From Pyrinomonadaceae bacterium (GTDB taxonomy: Bacteria; Acidobacteriota; Blastocatellia; Pyrinomonadales; Pyrinomonadaceae), in the NCBI GenBank assembly GCA_041751195.1, contig JBGSXX010000002.1, forward strand, positions 35,839 to 99,838: 64,000 bases of DNA, given 5' to 3'. The translations under genes were made by a program, and so were the position numbers. The notes beneath the pieces are model-generated. The model was not told the DNA's origin. It worked only from the letters and a program-made list of their open reading frames with translations, and did no database searches. Numbering within the stretch: position 1 is the stretch's first letter; each line of letters opens with the position of its first letter. Below, piece by piece: positions 10,469-20,022 of this stretch.

Positions 10469-11431
10469 ATGCCGAGAGGCCCGAGAACAATACGAACCGT
10501 CCGCCCCTATCCGCGCCCCCCGTTTTGGTTGTCGGCGCCCAATTTCTATATTCTGGCGATAGCGGCGGCGGCTGCAACATTCTTTTTGATTTGGGGGGCG
10601 TTGCAGGACGGGTTGGATGAGGCGCCTTGGATCAAGGCCGGCGTGTCAGCCAGCGTCGTTCTCGCGGCGGCGGTGATACTGCGGGAGTTGATCTTGCGGC
10701 GGGTTCGCGAGCGGATCGAGACAGCGCGGCAGTTGGAGAGGAACCTTCGGGCAGTGCAGGCGACGAGCAAAAGGAATTCGGACAAGCTTTCGCTGAAGCA
10801 AAACGCGATCTTGCTGCATCAGATACGTCAGAAGTCGGAAGCCGCGAAGGTACTCGGCCGTCTTTCGGCGGCGCACCGAGAGGTTTTTGATCTTTGCGAA
10901 GAATATCTGCGAGTGGTGATGAATGAGCTGCCGGGCGTCGGGGTTGGTTCACCGCGACTGGTTCCGTTTCAGAAGGGCAAAACGCTTGCGAACGAACTGG
11001 GCCGTTTTCATTTGCTAAAGTGGGCAGAGCTTGAGACACGCGCGATAATGGGAAAGGCCGCCGAGCAGAACACTGCATCGGATAAACTGGGAATGCTGCA
11101 GGAGGCTTCATCGGTACTTGAAGCCGCTCTCGACCGGTTTCCTCGAGAAACGAAGCTGCTGGAATCGACGGAAGCAGTTCGCGAGGTAATGGTAACCGTC
11201 AGGCTGACTGAGATGGTCGAAGCGGCGTCGAAAGCGGAATTTGATGGGGAGCTTGAGATCGCACTGGAACAATACCGTGACGCGCTGTTTTACGTCAGGA
11301 AGCATCGACCGGCCGGGCGTGAGCTCGATAATGCGGTCGATCATATAGAATCGGAGATAGAGCGGATCTCAAGTTCGAAGCCCCTGGGGCCTGGCGGAGT
11401 TACGACGCCCTACGAGCCGGATTTATCATGA
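10469..11431 (+). CDS. Hypothetical membrane-anchored helical protein
   Basis: ORF 10466..11431 (TTG), with an ATG at 10469. Two predicted TM helices followed by a long alpha-helical or coiled region. Its stop overlaps the next start (ATGA). Confidence 0.55.
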   Translation: MPRGPRTIRTVRPYPRPPFWLSAPNFYILAIAAAAATFFLIWGALQDGLDEAPWIKAGVSASVVLAAAVILRELILRRVRERIETARQLERNLRAVQATSKRNSDKLSLKQNAILLHQIRQKSEAAKVLGRLSAAHREVFDLCEEYLRVVMNELPGVGVGSPRLVPFQKGKTLANELGRFHLLKWAELETRAIMGKAAEQNTASDKLGMLQEASSVLEAALDRFPRETKLLESTEAVREVMVTVRLTEMVEAASKAEFDGELEIALEQYRDALFYVRKHRPAGRELDNAVDHIESEIERISSSKPLGPGGVTTPYEPDLS

Positions 11432-11646
11432 TCTCTCAACGGTGTCCTAAGTGCAGCAGCGACCGCATTCGCCGCGGATATCGGCCGACGCCGATATTCT
11501 TTAAACTTGTCGGACGATACAATCTTTTGTGCGACGGCTGCAACCTAGAATTTCGCGGCTGGGCGATGCCGTTCACTGTAAATGGAAGTTCCCGCAGAAA
11601 AAGAAAAAGCAAGAACCTCTCGCCACGGCGAACGCCTCCGGAATAG
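11428..11646 (+). CDS. Small zinc-ribbon protein
   Basis: 72 aa. CPKC..(24 aa)..CDGC four-Cys ribbon and a basic tail. Start overlaps the stop of 10469..11431. Confidence 0.5.
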   Translation: MISQRCPKCSSDRIRRGYRPTPIFFKLVGRYNLLCDGCNLEFRGWAMPFTVNGSSRRKRKSKNLSPRRTPPE

Positions 11647-12643
11647 GATCCTTTCGATCGGGGCGGTCATTTTATTGGTGATTCCCCTTCTTTATTCCCA
11701 CGCCAGCTCTCAGGTGAACGGCTACCGGCTGCCAGAATCTAATGAGGTGGCTCGTACATTCGACCTTGTCCATTACGGCGACGTGGTTGATGTCGATGTC
11801 ATCGGAAGCCTTCAGTATGATTGGCGAGGCACTTTGACGCCGGAGGGTTTCCTGGACGGCGGAGATCATCTTGGCGTTGATATATACGCGCTTTGCAAGA
11901 CCGAGGCGGAGTTGGCGTCTGCGATCGCTAAGCATTATTCGAGGCTGCTGCGGGAGCCGAGGGTAGTTGTTCGGATCCTGGATCGTTCGCAGCGTCCGGC
12001 TGCCCTCGTAACGGGAGCAGTACGGAACCCCGCACGATTTCAGATCAAGCGCGCGGTGCGTTTGAATGAGTTGATCGTGATGACAGGCGGCCTGACGGAT
12101 ACGTTAGGCGGTGACATAAGAATATTTCGTCCGCCAGATCTGAGCTGCGCGGGACGGACACCGGAAGGGGGGGCCGTTCCGATCTCGTCCGGCAGCAACC
12201 AGCCTGTAAATCTGGACATCACAATAGCGGACCTCTTGGCGGGGGAACCTGAGGCTAATCCTTATATTTTGAGCGGCGATATCGTGACGGTCAGTGAAGC
12301 CGCACCGATCTATGTTATTGGGGGCGTCGATGCTCCGCGGTCAATACCGTCGCGAGGCGATCTGACGGTTTCGAGGGCGGTCGCGACCGCTGGGGGCGTT
12401 GCGAAGAATGGCATCGAAACGTCTGTCACAGTCTTTAGACGGGCCGGCGGGCAGACACAGGTGATCGAAACTAACCTAAGGGCTATAGAGGGCGGCACTG
12501 CTGAAGACGTGAAGCTTGAGCCCTACGATATTGTCGAGGTTGGAATCAAGGGTAAAGAGAAGCGGGAGTTTCCGCCGGTTGTTCTGTACGACCGAATTAT
12601 TGGCGGTGACGGAAGGACGCTGCCCTTGAGGATCGTCGAATGA
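11582..12643 (+). CDS. Polysaccharide export protein (Wza-like, Poly_export plus SLBB-like domains)
   Basis: 353-aa ORF with an N-terminal anchor. YGDVVDVDVIG...GTLTPEGFL and GDIVTVSEAAPIYVIGGV blocks are typical of Poly_export/SLBB proteins. The start is uncertain because the ORF overlaps the previous one by 65 nt. Confidence 0.6.
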   Translation: MEVPAEKEKARTSRHGERLRNRILSIGAVILLVIPLLYSHASSQVNGYRLPESNEVARTFDLVHYGDVVDVDVIGSLQYDWRGTLTPEGFLDGGDHLGVDIYALCKTEAELASAIAKHYSRLLREPRVVVRILDRSQRPAALVTGAVRNPARFQIKRAVRLNELIVMTGGLTDTLGGDIRIFRPPDLSCAGRTPEGGAVPISSGSNQPVNLDITIADLLAGEPEANPYILSGDIVTVSEAAPIYVIGGVDAPRSIPSRGDLTVSRAVATAGGVAKNGIETSVTVFRRAGGQTQVIETNLRAIEGGTAEDVKLEPYDIVEVGIKGKEKREFPPVVLYDRIIGGDGRTLPLRIVE

Positions 12644-12712
12644 GGCTCGTTATTGTAGAACGCTGCAAAATTTGTTCAAATAGAGAATTGTCTATTGTTG
12701 ACCAATTAATTT

Positions 12713-12925
12713 ATGGCACAAACTCAGCGTAAGTATGGGCGGCGGACTCTCGCCCTTTTGTGGTTCCTTGGCGCGGCGGTAGTTATCGGCGTTCTGCTCT
12801 TCTTTGAGCAGATACAATTGCTTTACCTCGTATCGACCTTTGCCCTTATCATATTGCTTCTCATCGTTGCGTTCGCCGACCTGGAAAACGTTGGGCGGGA
12901 ACCTGCAGAGGGCGGTCGGCCCTAG
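12713..12925 (+). CDS. Small two-TM membrane protein
   Basis: 70-aa ORF with two hydrophobic helices. No other support. Confidence 0.35.
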   Translation: MAQTQRKYGRRTLALLWFLGAAVVIGVLLFFEQIQLLYLVSTFALIILLLIVAFADLENVGREPAEGGRP

Positions 12926-12943
12926 CGACCTGCCAGCACGTTG

Positions 12944-14260
12944 ATGGGAAAAACCCTCAAATCGATAACCGGGACACTGATCACCCTCGCCATGGCGGGG
13001 TCAGTGATGGCGTCCTCGTTTTTATCGTCCGTGGACGGCGTTCCGCGTCAGTTGCGTTGGCGCGAAGACGCCACGATCAAGATCGGAGTCTCGACGTCGC
13101 TGTTTCGCACGGCACAGATAAAGTCGGATACGGATGTTCGGGCTGCATTGAGGCAAAGTCTGGCGACTTGGGAAGAAGCTGCCAATATACGGTTTGAGGT
13201 GGTCGTCACAGATGATCAAACCGTTAGCCCTTCGGGGCCGGCCGGTGACGGGGTTAACCTCATCACGATCGCGCCAAGTTCCGACAACGTCCTTCTTTTT
13301 GGTAAGCAAAACGAATCGACACCCGCTACGACGCGAATATTTTTTGACCCCGCGGGGCGGATCACAGAAGCAGACATTGTCCTGAATCCGTTTCAACAGT
13401 TTTCCACGGACGGGACGTTTGGTACGTTCGATCTGGAATCGACGCTAACGCACGAGATCGGACATATGTTGGGACTTGATCACTCTTCGATATATGGGTC
13501 CACGATGTATCCGAATCACGGGAAGAACGGCGTATATTCGATATCGCAGATGAACGCACGCACGCTTTCGCTGTCAGACCTCAGCAGCGTTCGCGGCCTT
13601 TATCCGGAGAATGTTCTGGAACCTGACTGCTGTGGCACCGTGTACGGCCGACTAACGAATAGTGAGCGTGAGGCGGCTAGTGTTGCAGAGCTATGGCTTG
13701 AGGACGTCGAATCCGGCCGTGTAGTCGCATCCGTTCGGGCTTCTGAGGACGGCACGTATCGATTGAGCGGCATATCAGATGGGCGATATCGCGTTTACGG
13801 TGGCGAGCGTTCGAATGGGCGTAATCTCACACTGAGTGAGCAAAGCGATATCGAGATCGTCGCCGGCAGATCCGTTCAGCTTAACGGCGTTTTGCGCAAG
13901 ACCGGTAGTTCGCCTGATGCGCATTTGATCGGATTCAATTCGCAGCTTTCGAGTGTGGCTGTGCGGCTGAACGCCGGGCGAAGTTACACGCTTTTCATCG
14001 GCGGTCATGATCTTTCCGCTGAGAAGGTGGAGATCGGATCCACGTCTGCGAACATCGCGGTTGATGCCGGTTCGGTCACAGAACAAAATTCGGATCAGCG
14101 GCTTTCGGTTCTTCGATTTGAAGTTGCGATCCCGCCTGATGCTTTACCGGGTGATTACAGCTTGTACGTGAGAGGGCGCGACGGTGCGGTTACCGTGCTT
14201 GTTGGGGTGATAACTGTCGAAGATCTCGTCAATCCGTGGAGTAACTATTCCATCCGTTAG
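12944..14260 (+). CDS. Secreted matrixin-like (M10) zinc metalloprotease with C-terminal beta-sandwich repeats
   Basis: HEIGHMLGLDHS (HExxHxxGxxH) followed by a Met-turn (STMYP). Signal peptide. The C-terminal half looks like carboxypeptidase-regulatory-like repeats (GTYRLSGISDGRYRVY). Confidence 0.8.
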   Translation: MGKTLKSITGTLITLAMAGSVMASSFLSSVDGVPRQLRWREDATIKIGVSTSLFRTAQIKSDTDVRAALRQSLATWEEAANIRFEVVVTDDQTVSPSGPAGDGVNLITIAPSSDNVLLFGKQNESTPATTRIFFDPAGRITEADIVLNPFQQFSTDGTFGTFDLESTLTHEIGHMLGLDHSSIYGSTMYPNHGKNGVYSISQMNARTLSLSDLSSVRGLYPENVLEPDCCGTVYGRLTNSEREAASVAELWLEDVESGRVVASVRASEDGTYRLSGISDGRYRVYGGERSNGRNLTLSEQSDIEIVAGRSVQLNGVLRKTGSSPDAHLIGFNSQLSSVAVRLNAGRSYTLFIGGHDLSAEKVEIGSTSANIAVDAGSVTEQNSDQRLSVLRFEVAIPPDALPGDYSLYVRGRDGAVTVLVGVITVEDLVNPWSNYSIR

Positions 14261-14395
14261 ATTAAGCGTTACATAGATTTAACATAAGCTGTCGAAAAAA
14301 GTTGTTGCATTTTCGTACAGTATGTGCATAATCATTAATGTTCACCTCCCCGGTGAACATCCGGTCACGAGGGGTGAGGACTTGTGACCAAAATA

Positions 14396-14434
14396 GGGGC
14401 GACGGTGTGGGAGACGTCGCCCCGCTTATATTTT
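14396..14434. terminator. Bidirectional rho-independent terminator between convergent genes
   Basis: GGGGCGACG-N10-CGTCGCCCC, a 9-bp GC stem. It is followed by a T-rich run on the plus strand (gcttatatttt) and preceded by an A-rich run that reads tatttt on the minus strand. Confidence 0.7.
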
Positions 14435-14482
14435 AAAACTGCTTTGCCCCGTTATCAGAGCTAAGAATGTGCACGCTGGAGG

Positions 14483-14896
14483 CTATTCTGGGGTGCTGCC
14501 GTTAAGGGTTGCAGGATTGGACTTGAGAAAACATGAGCGGCAATAAACCGGCCGGCCCTGCGACGGATAAAAGGGAACCGTCGTTTGCTCCTGGCAGTCA
14601 GCGCAGTTTACTGTTACCTCGATACGCTGTTTGATGCCGGAGGCCTGAGCCGCGGCAATAGCAGCGAGCCGTTCGTTCTTAGCCTGTTTGCATTCTTTGC
14701 AGCGCTTGGGTGGATTGAGGAGCTGTTTGTCGCGGAAGAATATTTGCTCACCCACGGTCCATGTAAAATCCTGATTGCAGTCAATACAGAGTATCGATCT
14801 GTCTTCGAACTCTACGTCAGGGTTTGAGGATTCCTGATCTCTTGTTTCTTCGCTGCTGGCGACTCTTTCCAGTTCACTCTGTGACATAACCATCAC
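14483..14896 (-). CDS. Zinc-ribbon domain protein (two CxxC...CxxC modules)
   Basis: 137 aa. CIDCNQDF...CKECK and CADCQEQT...CRSC. Acidic N-terminus. Confidence 0.6.
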   Translation of the reverse strand: MMVMSQSELERVASSEETRDQESSNPDVEFEDRSILCIDCNQDFTWTVGEQIFFRDKQLLNPPKRCKECKQAKNERLAAIAAAQASGIKQRIEVTVNCADCQEQTTVPFYPSQGRPVYCRSCFLKSNPATLNGSTPE

Positions 14897-15150
14897 TTCC
14901 TTGTTCTCGTTTGGGAGACCGACCTATCAAGATGATCAATACGGACGCAATTCCAAGTCATCACTTGCCACGCCTTACATAAAATTCGGCGAGTTCGGAA
15001 TATGGTCAATATAGTAGTAAATTTAAATGAAAGATCACCGATGTCAGCTGAGGGAGAATTTAAAAGCTATTTGCGACCTTATAACTATTGACTTTCGGTG
15101 TCAAGTGAATGAAATGTTACGCGCATACTGAGCGGCTCGGCAGGTAAAAA

Positions 15151-16419
15151 ATGAAAGTATTTGTGATCGGTTCTGGGGGGCGCGAACACGCGCTCTGTGA
15201 GGCATTTTCGCGGAGCAGCCGCGTTCGGCAAATCTTCTGCGCGAATGGTAACGCAGGCATTGCGAGCATCGCGGAAATAGTTGATATCAAACCGGATGAT
15301 ATCGGTTCGCTAGGGGACTTTGCGGAAGGCGAAGCGGTCGAAATCACGTTTGTTGGCGGCGAAACGGCGCTTGCGTTGGGCATTGTCGATGAGTTTGAGA
15401 GGCGAGGGCTCCGGATAGTCGGAGCTTCAGCGGCGGCGACGCGGCTGGAGGCGAGCAAATCGTTTGCGAAGGATTTTATGTCGCGGCATGGGATTCCGAC
15501 AGCGCGTTACGTGAACGCGAACTCGGCAACGGAAGCGAAAGCGATACTGGAAAGCGGGGAGTTCGCCGACGAGGCTGCACCGGTTGTGGTAAAGGCAGAT
15601 GGGCTAGCGGCGGGAAAGGGCGTGGTTGTAGCGGGCAGTAGGGATGAGGCTATCGAGGCGATAAGAGAGTTGCCCGGTCTGGTCGGTGTCGATGCGTCGG
15701 CTACGATCGTGCTTGAGGAATGCCTGACGGGAAAGGAAGTGTCGTTGATCGCGTTTTGCGACGGTGATAATTTTGCCCTGATGCCGCCTACTCGGGATCA
15801 TAAGCGGATCGGGGAGGGCGATACAGGCCCGAATACCGGAGGGATGGGGACGTTTTCGGATGATGGGTTGCTGTCGGACGAGCAACTCCAACGAATCCGG
15901 AAGACGATTGTTGAGCCGACACTTCAAGGCTGTCGAGTCGAGGGGTTTCCTTTCCGCGGTATATTGTTCCTTGGTTTGATGATGGACGGAAATGAGATAA
16001 ACGTTCTGGAATATAACGTTAGGTTCGGTGACCCGGAGACCCAATCGATATTGGTGCGGCTCGAAACGGATATAGTTGAGATTTGCGAGGCAATGCTCGA
16101 GGGCCGGCTTTCGGGACTCGATATAAAGTGGAAGGCGGGAAGCTCGGCCTGTGTAGTATTAGCAGCCGAAGGCTATCCGGGAGCTCCGCGGACCGGGGAT
16201 GCTATAGCAGGGCTCGCGGAAGCGAATCGAGGCGAAGATGTGTGGATGTTTCACGCTGGGACTGCCGTGAAGGACGGGGAGGTCGTTACGGCAGGCGGCA
16301 GGGTGCTGGGGGTAACAGCAGTGGGTTCAAATCTCGATAAGGCTCTTTCACGTGCATATGACGCGGCTGCCGGGATCTCGTGGCCCGGAATGCAGTTTAG
16401 AAGGGATATTGGACAATAG
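15151..16419 (+). CDS. purD: Phosphoribosylamine--glycine ligase
   Basis: 422 aa. The N-terminus MKVFVIGSGGREHAL and an ATP-grasp core (VVKADGLAAGKGV, EYNVRFGDPE) are typical of PurD. Confidence 0.95.
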   Translation: MKVFVIGSGGREHALCEAFSRSSRVRQIFCANGNAGIASIAEIVDIKPDDIGSLGDFAEGEAVEITFVGGETALALGIVDEFERRGLRIVGASAAATRLEASKSFAKDFMSRHGIPTARYVNANSATEAKAILESGEFADEAAPVVVKADGLAAGKGVVVAGSRDEAIEAIRELPGLVGVDASATIVLEECLTGKEVSLIAFCDGDNFALMPPTRDHKRIGEGDTGPNTGGMGTFSDDGLLSDEQLQRIRKTIVEPTLQGCRVEGFPFRGILFLGLMMDGNEINVLEYNVRFGDPETQSILVRLETDIVEICEAMLEGRLSGLDIKWKAGSSACVVLAAEGYPGAPRTGDAIAGLAEANRGEDVWMFHAGTAVKDGEVVTAGGRVLGVTAVGSNLDKALSRAYDAAAGISWPGMQFRRDIGQ

Positions 16420-16484
16420 TTTGGAACGCTAATTGCCCCTAAAGCGAGCGGACGTATGATATTGATATAAAGGGGCGTGAAACA

Positions 16485-16655
16485 ATGGAAAAGAGACGAG
16501 CAGAGAGCAAAACAGACTTCGACAGACCGATAAACAAACCGTTTGAAGAACTTCCGGAATCATTCATAAAGAATCTTCATTCACGTATGGTGACGTTGAG
16601 AAATACAAAGCGGTCGAACGAGAAGAACCGCGAAAAGCAGCGAACACAGCACTGA
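16485..16655 (+). CDS. Small basic protein (56 aa), below the ORF-track cutoff
   Basis: Own translation: MEKRRAESKTDFDRPINKPFEELPESFIKNLHSRMVTLRNTKRSNEKNREKQRTQH. AGGGG purine-rich stretch 8-9 nt upstream of the ATG. Followed by a strong terminator hairpin. Confidence 0.4.
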   Translation: MEKRRAESKTDFDRPINKPFEELPESFIKNLHSRMVTLRNTKRSNEKNREKQRTQH

Positions 16656-16672
16656 TCATAATTAATAGCTAA

Positions 16673-16709
16673 AAAAGGCCTGCCGAACACTTTGCTCGGC
16701 AGGCCTTTT
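16673..16709. terminator. Bidirectional rho-independent terminator
   Basis: AAAAGGCCTGCCGA-N9-TCGGCAGGCCTTTT, a perfect stem flanked by an A-run and a T-run. It lies between the small ORF (+) and the 284-aa gene (-). Confidence 0.8.
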
Positions 16710-16725
16710 CATTTTGATCAATGGG

Positions 16726-17580
16726 TTAGGACGCTCCGCTACCCGAAGCTCTCTGAATCCGCTGCGGCGTTAAATTGAGAATGTTCTCACCTGCCCGAAC
16801 CGAAACAGGCGAGCTCCATAATGCAAAGCCGTCAGCGGTCTTGGTGATACCGAATAGGTAGTAACTACCGGGTTCGACGTCGCTCATATTGGCTTTCCCG
16901 GCCGAATCAGTCGTTCCGGAATACTCGATGTTCTCGTTGATAGCGTTCATCGCCGAGCGATGAAAATCGCTATACCGGCTAGGATCGAGGACCGCGAGCG
17001 CGAGGCTGTTGGAAAGCGAGTTACCCTCGATCGGCTGTAATCGAGCCTCTCGCAGTATCTGTTCCAAGTCCTTTTCGAGCAAATAGAAACGCTCGTTCCT
17101 TACCGCCTGCGGTGTGCCGTTATCGGAAATTACACGAGCTTCGATACGGACGACCCCGCGATCGGTGTTCACCGACGTCTGGGAGCCCGGTACCGTGGAT
17201 TCACTTGTCGGCATTTCGGGCGGGGGAGCAGGAAGCGCGTCGGATGGAGCGACGTCGCTCGGCGGGATCGCCGATCGTGAATCAGTGGTCATGGTGTCAC
17301 GCGCGGGAGGGGCGCTGGTGTTTACCGCGACCCGGAGGTTTGAATTTGCTGCATCGTCGTCGCGCGACATCATTGCGAAAATGAAAAATATAACGAGTAC
17401 TGCGACTACCCCCATGGCGACGAACGCCCAGGGCGGAATGCCCTCAGAGCGGGGCTCCGTGCGTGCTACGACGGGGCGAACCGGTGGCGGCGCTATGTTG
17501 ACAGGCCTGCCGCAACTTGGGCAAGCGACCGCAGAATCGGAGATATCGTGTCCGCATTCAGGACAGTTTACTAATGGCAT
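16726..17580 (-). CDS. Zinc-ribbon membrane protein with Pro-rich linker and C-terminal beta-sandwich-like domain
   Basis: MPLVNCPECGHDISDSAVACPSCGRPV zinc ribbon, one TM helix and a Pro/Ser-rich linker. AAGGGAGGA RBS. The 21-bp array C lies 160 bp upstream. Confidence 0.7.
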   Translation of the reverse strand: MPLVNCPECGHDISDSAVACPSCGRPVNIAPPPVRPVVARTEPRSEGIPPWAFVAMGVVAVLVIFFIFAMMSRDDDAANSNLRVAVNTSAPPARDTMTTDSRSAIPPSDVAPSDALPAPPPEMPTSESTVPGSQTSVNTDRGVVRIEARVISDNGTPQAVRNERFYLLEKDLEQILREARLQPIEGNSLSNSLALAVLDPSRYSDFHRSAMNAINENIEYSGTTDSAGKANMSDVEPGSYYLFGITKTADGFALWSSPVSVRAGENILNLTPQRIQRASGSGAS

Positions 17581-17740
17581 GGTGTATTTTCCTCCCTTTT
17601 TACCTACTAGCAGGGATCACTGCAAGGTGTATGCCATCAATATGTTAGGGGAGCGATCAGAAACGACGGGCGTGTCTTGCCTCTTTTCCTTTGTTTACTG
17701 GGGTTTGGGCGCAGTCGAGGCGTGTATGAAGGGTTCCGGG

Positions 17741-17866
17741 GGCGCCTGCCGGCTAGCTCCGGGCGCTTGCCGGCTACCTGCCGGCGCCTGCCGGCTATCT
17801 CCCGGCGCTTGCCGGCGACCTCCCGGCGCGTGTCGGACACCTCCCGGCGGCCGTCCGGGCGGATCC
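17741..17866. repeat. Array C: about 6 tandem 21-bp units with a CCGGC-N4-GCCGG dyad
   Basis: Units start at 17741, 17762, 17783, 17804, 17825 and 17846: GGCGC(C/T)TGCCGGCTA.CT.C.; the last two are degenerate. Position 6 alternates C/T. Intergenic, between the aroC stop and the start of 16726..17580. Confidence 0.85.
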
Positions 17867-17936
17867 GACAGCCGGTCGGGCAATGCATCCGGTTAGAATT
17901 CGAGCGGATCTGAACAGCTTCGAAAAAATTTCAGAT

Positions 17937-19139
17937 TTATGGCGATTCAACCGCCGGGCGAGTTGCAACAGTGAAAGAGGTGGAGACTGAGGCAAGATAA
18001 GAATCGACGTTTCGCATCATCTCATCGATCGAATCGCCCCCGAACTTTTCTCGCATCTCGTTGGCAAGAACGATGGCCAGCATTGATTCGGCGATAACCC
18101 CGGCTGCAGGGACGGCGGTGATGTCCGAGCGTTCGAAGGCGGCGGGGCTGTCGGCTTTGGTGTAGATGTCGACGGAGTTGAGGGGCTTCCGGAGCGTTGA
18201 GATGGGCTTCATATAACCGCGGACGCGGAGTTCTTCACCGTTGGTGATGCCGCCCTCGAGGCCTCCGGCCCGGTTCGTCTTACGATCGAATGAAGCTTCG
18301 CCGGCGAATATCTCGTCGTGGACCTGTGAACCGGGGAGTGAAGCGTTTTGGACGCCCGTGCCGATCTCGACGGCTTTGACGGCGTGGACGGACATTATTG
18401 CACGGGCGATGCGGCCGTCGAGCTTATCTTCCCAGGAAGTGTGAGAACCGAGTCCGATCGGTACGCCGTGAGCGACGACCTCGAAAATACCGCCCAGCGT
18501 GTCGCCGTCAGTTTTTGCTTTATCGATGGCGGCGATCATTTCGGCTTCGGCAGCTTTGTCTGTGCAGTTCAGGGGCGAGTCGGATTCGATGCGACTGATG
18601 TCTTCCCACGTGGCAGTTAGTGGGTTATCGGGGATACCGCCGAGAGAAACGACGTGGCTTCGGACCTCGACGTTGAATGTTTGCAGAAGTTGTTTGGCGA
18701 CGGCGCCTGCCGCAACGCGGGCGGCTGTTTCGCGTGCCGAAGCTCGTTCGAGGATGTCGCGAAGGTCGCGGGTCTGGAACTTCTGGCCGCCCGCGAGGTC
18801 TGCGTGACCGGGTCGTGGACGGGTCACGGTGCGGGGGTTTTTGGGCTGCACCTCAAGTGGCTCTGCGGACATGACCTCTTGCCAGTGAACGAAATCTTTG
18901 TTCTCGATCATGAGCGCGATAGGCGAGCCTAGGGCTTTGCCGTGGCGGATGCCGGCGAGGATCTGCACCGTGTCGCTTTCGATCTTCATTCTGCCGCCGC
19001 GGCCGTAGCCTTGTTGGCGACGCCAGAGTTCGTGGTCGATGGCTGCCTTGTCGATTGGGAGTCCTGCGGGAACGCCCTCGATGATTGTGACCAATGCGGG
19101 ACCGTGAGATTCGCCTGCGGTTGTGAATTTGAAGTGCAT
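17937..19139 (-). CDS. aroC: Chorismate synthase
   Basis: 400 aa. [26 protein letters not shown] and [12 protein letters not shown]-like blocks are typical of AroC. Confidence 0.95.
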   Translation of the reverse strand: MHFKFTTAGESHGPALVTIIEGVPAGLPIDKAAIDHELWRRQQGYGRGGRMKIESDTVQILAGIRHGKALGSPIALMIENKDFVHWQEVMSAEPLEVQPKNPRTVTRPRPGHADLAGGQKFQTRDLRDILERASARETAARVAAGAVAKQLLQTFNVEVRSHVVSLGGIPDNPLTATWEDISRIESDSPLNCTDKAAEAEMIAAIDKAKTDGDTLGGIFEVVAHGVPIGLGSHTSWEDKLDGRIARAIMSVHAVKAVEIGTGVQNASLPGSQVHDEIFAGEASFDRKTNRAGGLEGGITNGEELRVRGYMKPISTLRKPLNSVDIYTKADSPAAFERSDITAVPAAGVIAESMLAIVLANEMREKFGGDSIDEMMRNVDSYLASVSTSFTVATRPAVESP

Positions 19140-19140
19140 A

Positions 19141-20019
19141 TTAGGCCGTCTTTTTGCGTGGACGGAATACGATGAGGCCGATGCTCGCCAGAATCAGCAG
19201 TGCTCCGAAGACCGTCTGCGGCGGCAGCGTTTCGCCGAGCACAACGTTGCCGACGGCGACCGCGATGAGCGGCGTTACGAGCGAGATCATCATCGCTTTT
19301 GTTGATTCGATTCTAGCTAAGAGCCAGTAATAAAGCCAAAAGGCGGCAATGGTTCCGGTTATAGTGAGATAGAGGACGGAGACGATGGCCCGCGTTGTCC
19401 ATTCGTGGGCGAACGGAGAGCCCTCGACGGCGAGAGCATAAACGATGAGAGGCGGCAGGCCGAAGAGCATTTGCGTGAAGAGGATGACCGATGGGTCGAT
19501 GCCGACCGCTTTTGCCTTGATGAGAATAGAAGCCTGGGCAGCTGCATAGGCGCCGACGACGATCGCGACTGCGCCGGCGAAAGCTAAGGCGCTTTCGACG
19601 CGGAGCTGATCGATGAAAATAATGCCGACGCCGACGATGCCAATAAGGACGGCGATTATTTTAAGCCGTGTTATGCGTTCTGCGGGAAGGAATATCCACG
19701 CGAGAGCGAGGCCGAAGACCGTGATCATTGCCTGAAGGACGGCTGCGAGTCCCGAGGTGATGTACTGTTCGGCCCAGAATACGGTGCTGTAGTTGATGGT
19801 GAATTGAAGGACCCCGGTGAGGGCGATGAGCCGCCATTCGGACCAGTTTCGCGGCCACGAGACGTTGCGGAGAAAGACGAGCGGCGCGAGTAGAAGGGCT
19901 GCGAGAGCGAAACGTGCGACGGCAAAGGTGATGGGCGGAAGGTCTTCGAGCCCGATCTTGATGAAGATCCAAGTCGTTCCCCATACGACGCATAGGATGA
20001 GCCAGACGAGTACGTTCAT
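19141..20019 (-). CDS. EamA/DMT family transporter
   Basis: 292 aa with about 10 TM helices and the duplicated EamA pattern. 1 nt downstream of the aroC start. Confidence 0.8.
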   Translation of the reverse strand: MNVLVWLILCVVWGTTWIFIKIGLEDLPPITFAVARFALAALLLAPLVFLRNVSWPRNWSEWRLIALTGVLQFTINYSTVFWAEQYITSGLAAVLQAMITVFGLALAWIFLPAERITRLKIIAVLIGIVGVGIIFIDQLRVESALAFAGAVAIVVGAYAAAQASILIKAKAVGIDPSVILFTQMLFGLPPLIVYALAVEGSPFAHEWTTRAIVSVLYLTITGTIAAFWLYYWLLARIESTKAMMISLVTPLIAVAVGNVVLGETLPPQTVFGALLILASIGLIVFRPRKKTA

Positions 20020-20022
20020 CGT

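Noticed and set aside
17637-17995. Short Arg/Pro-rich ORFs over array C (17637..17888, 17677..17913, 17695..17883, 17795..17995).
   Set aside because: These are repeat-derived open frames in a GC-rich intergenic array. They overlap one another on both strands and have no coding signal.
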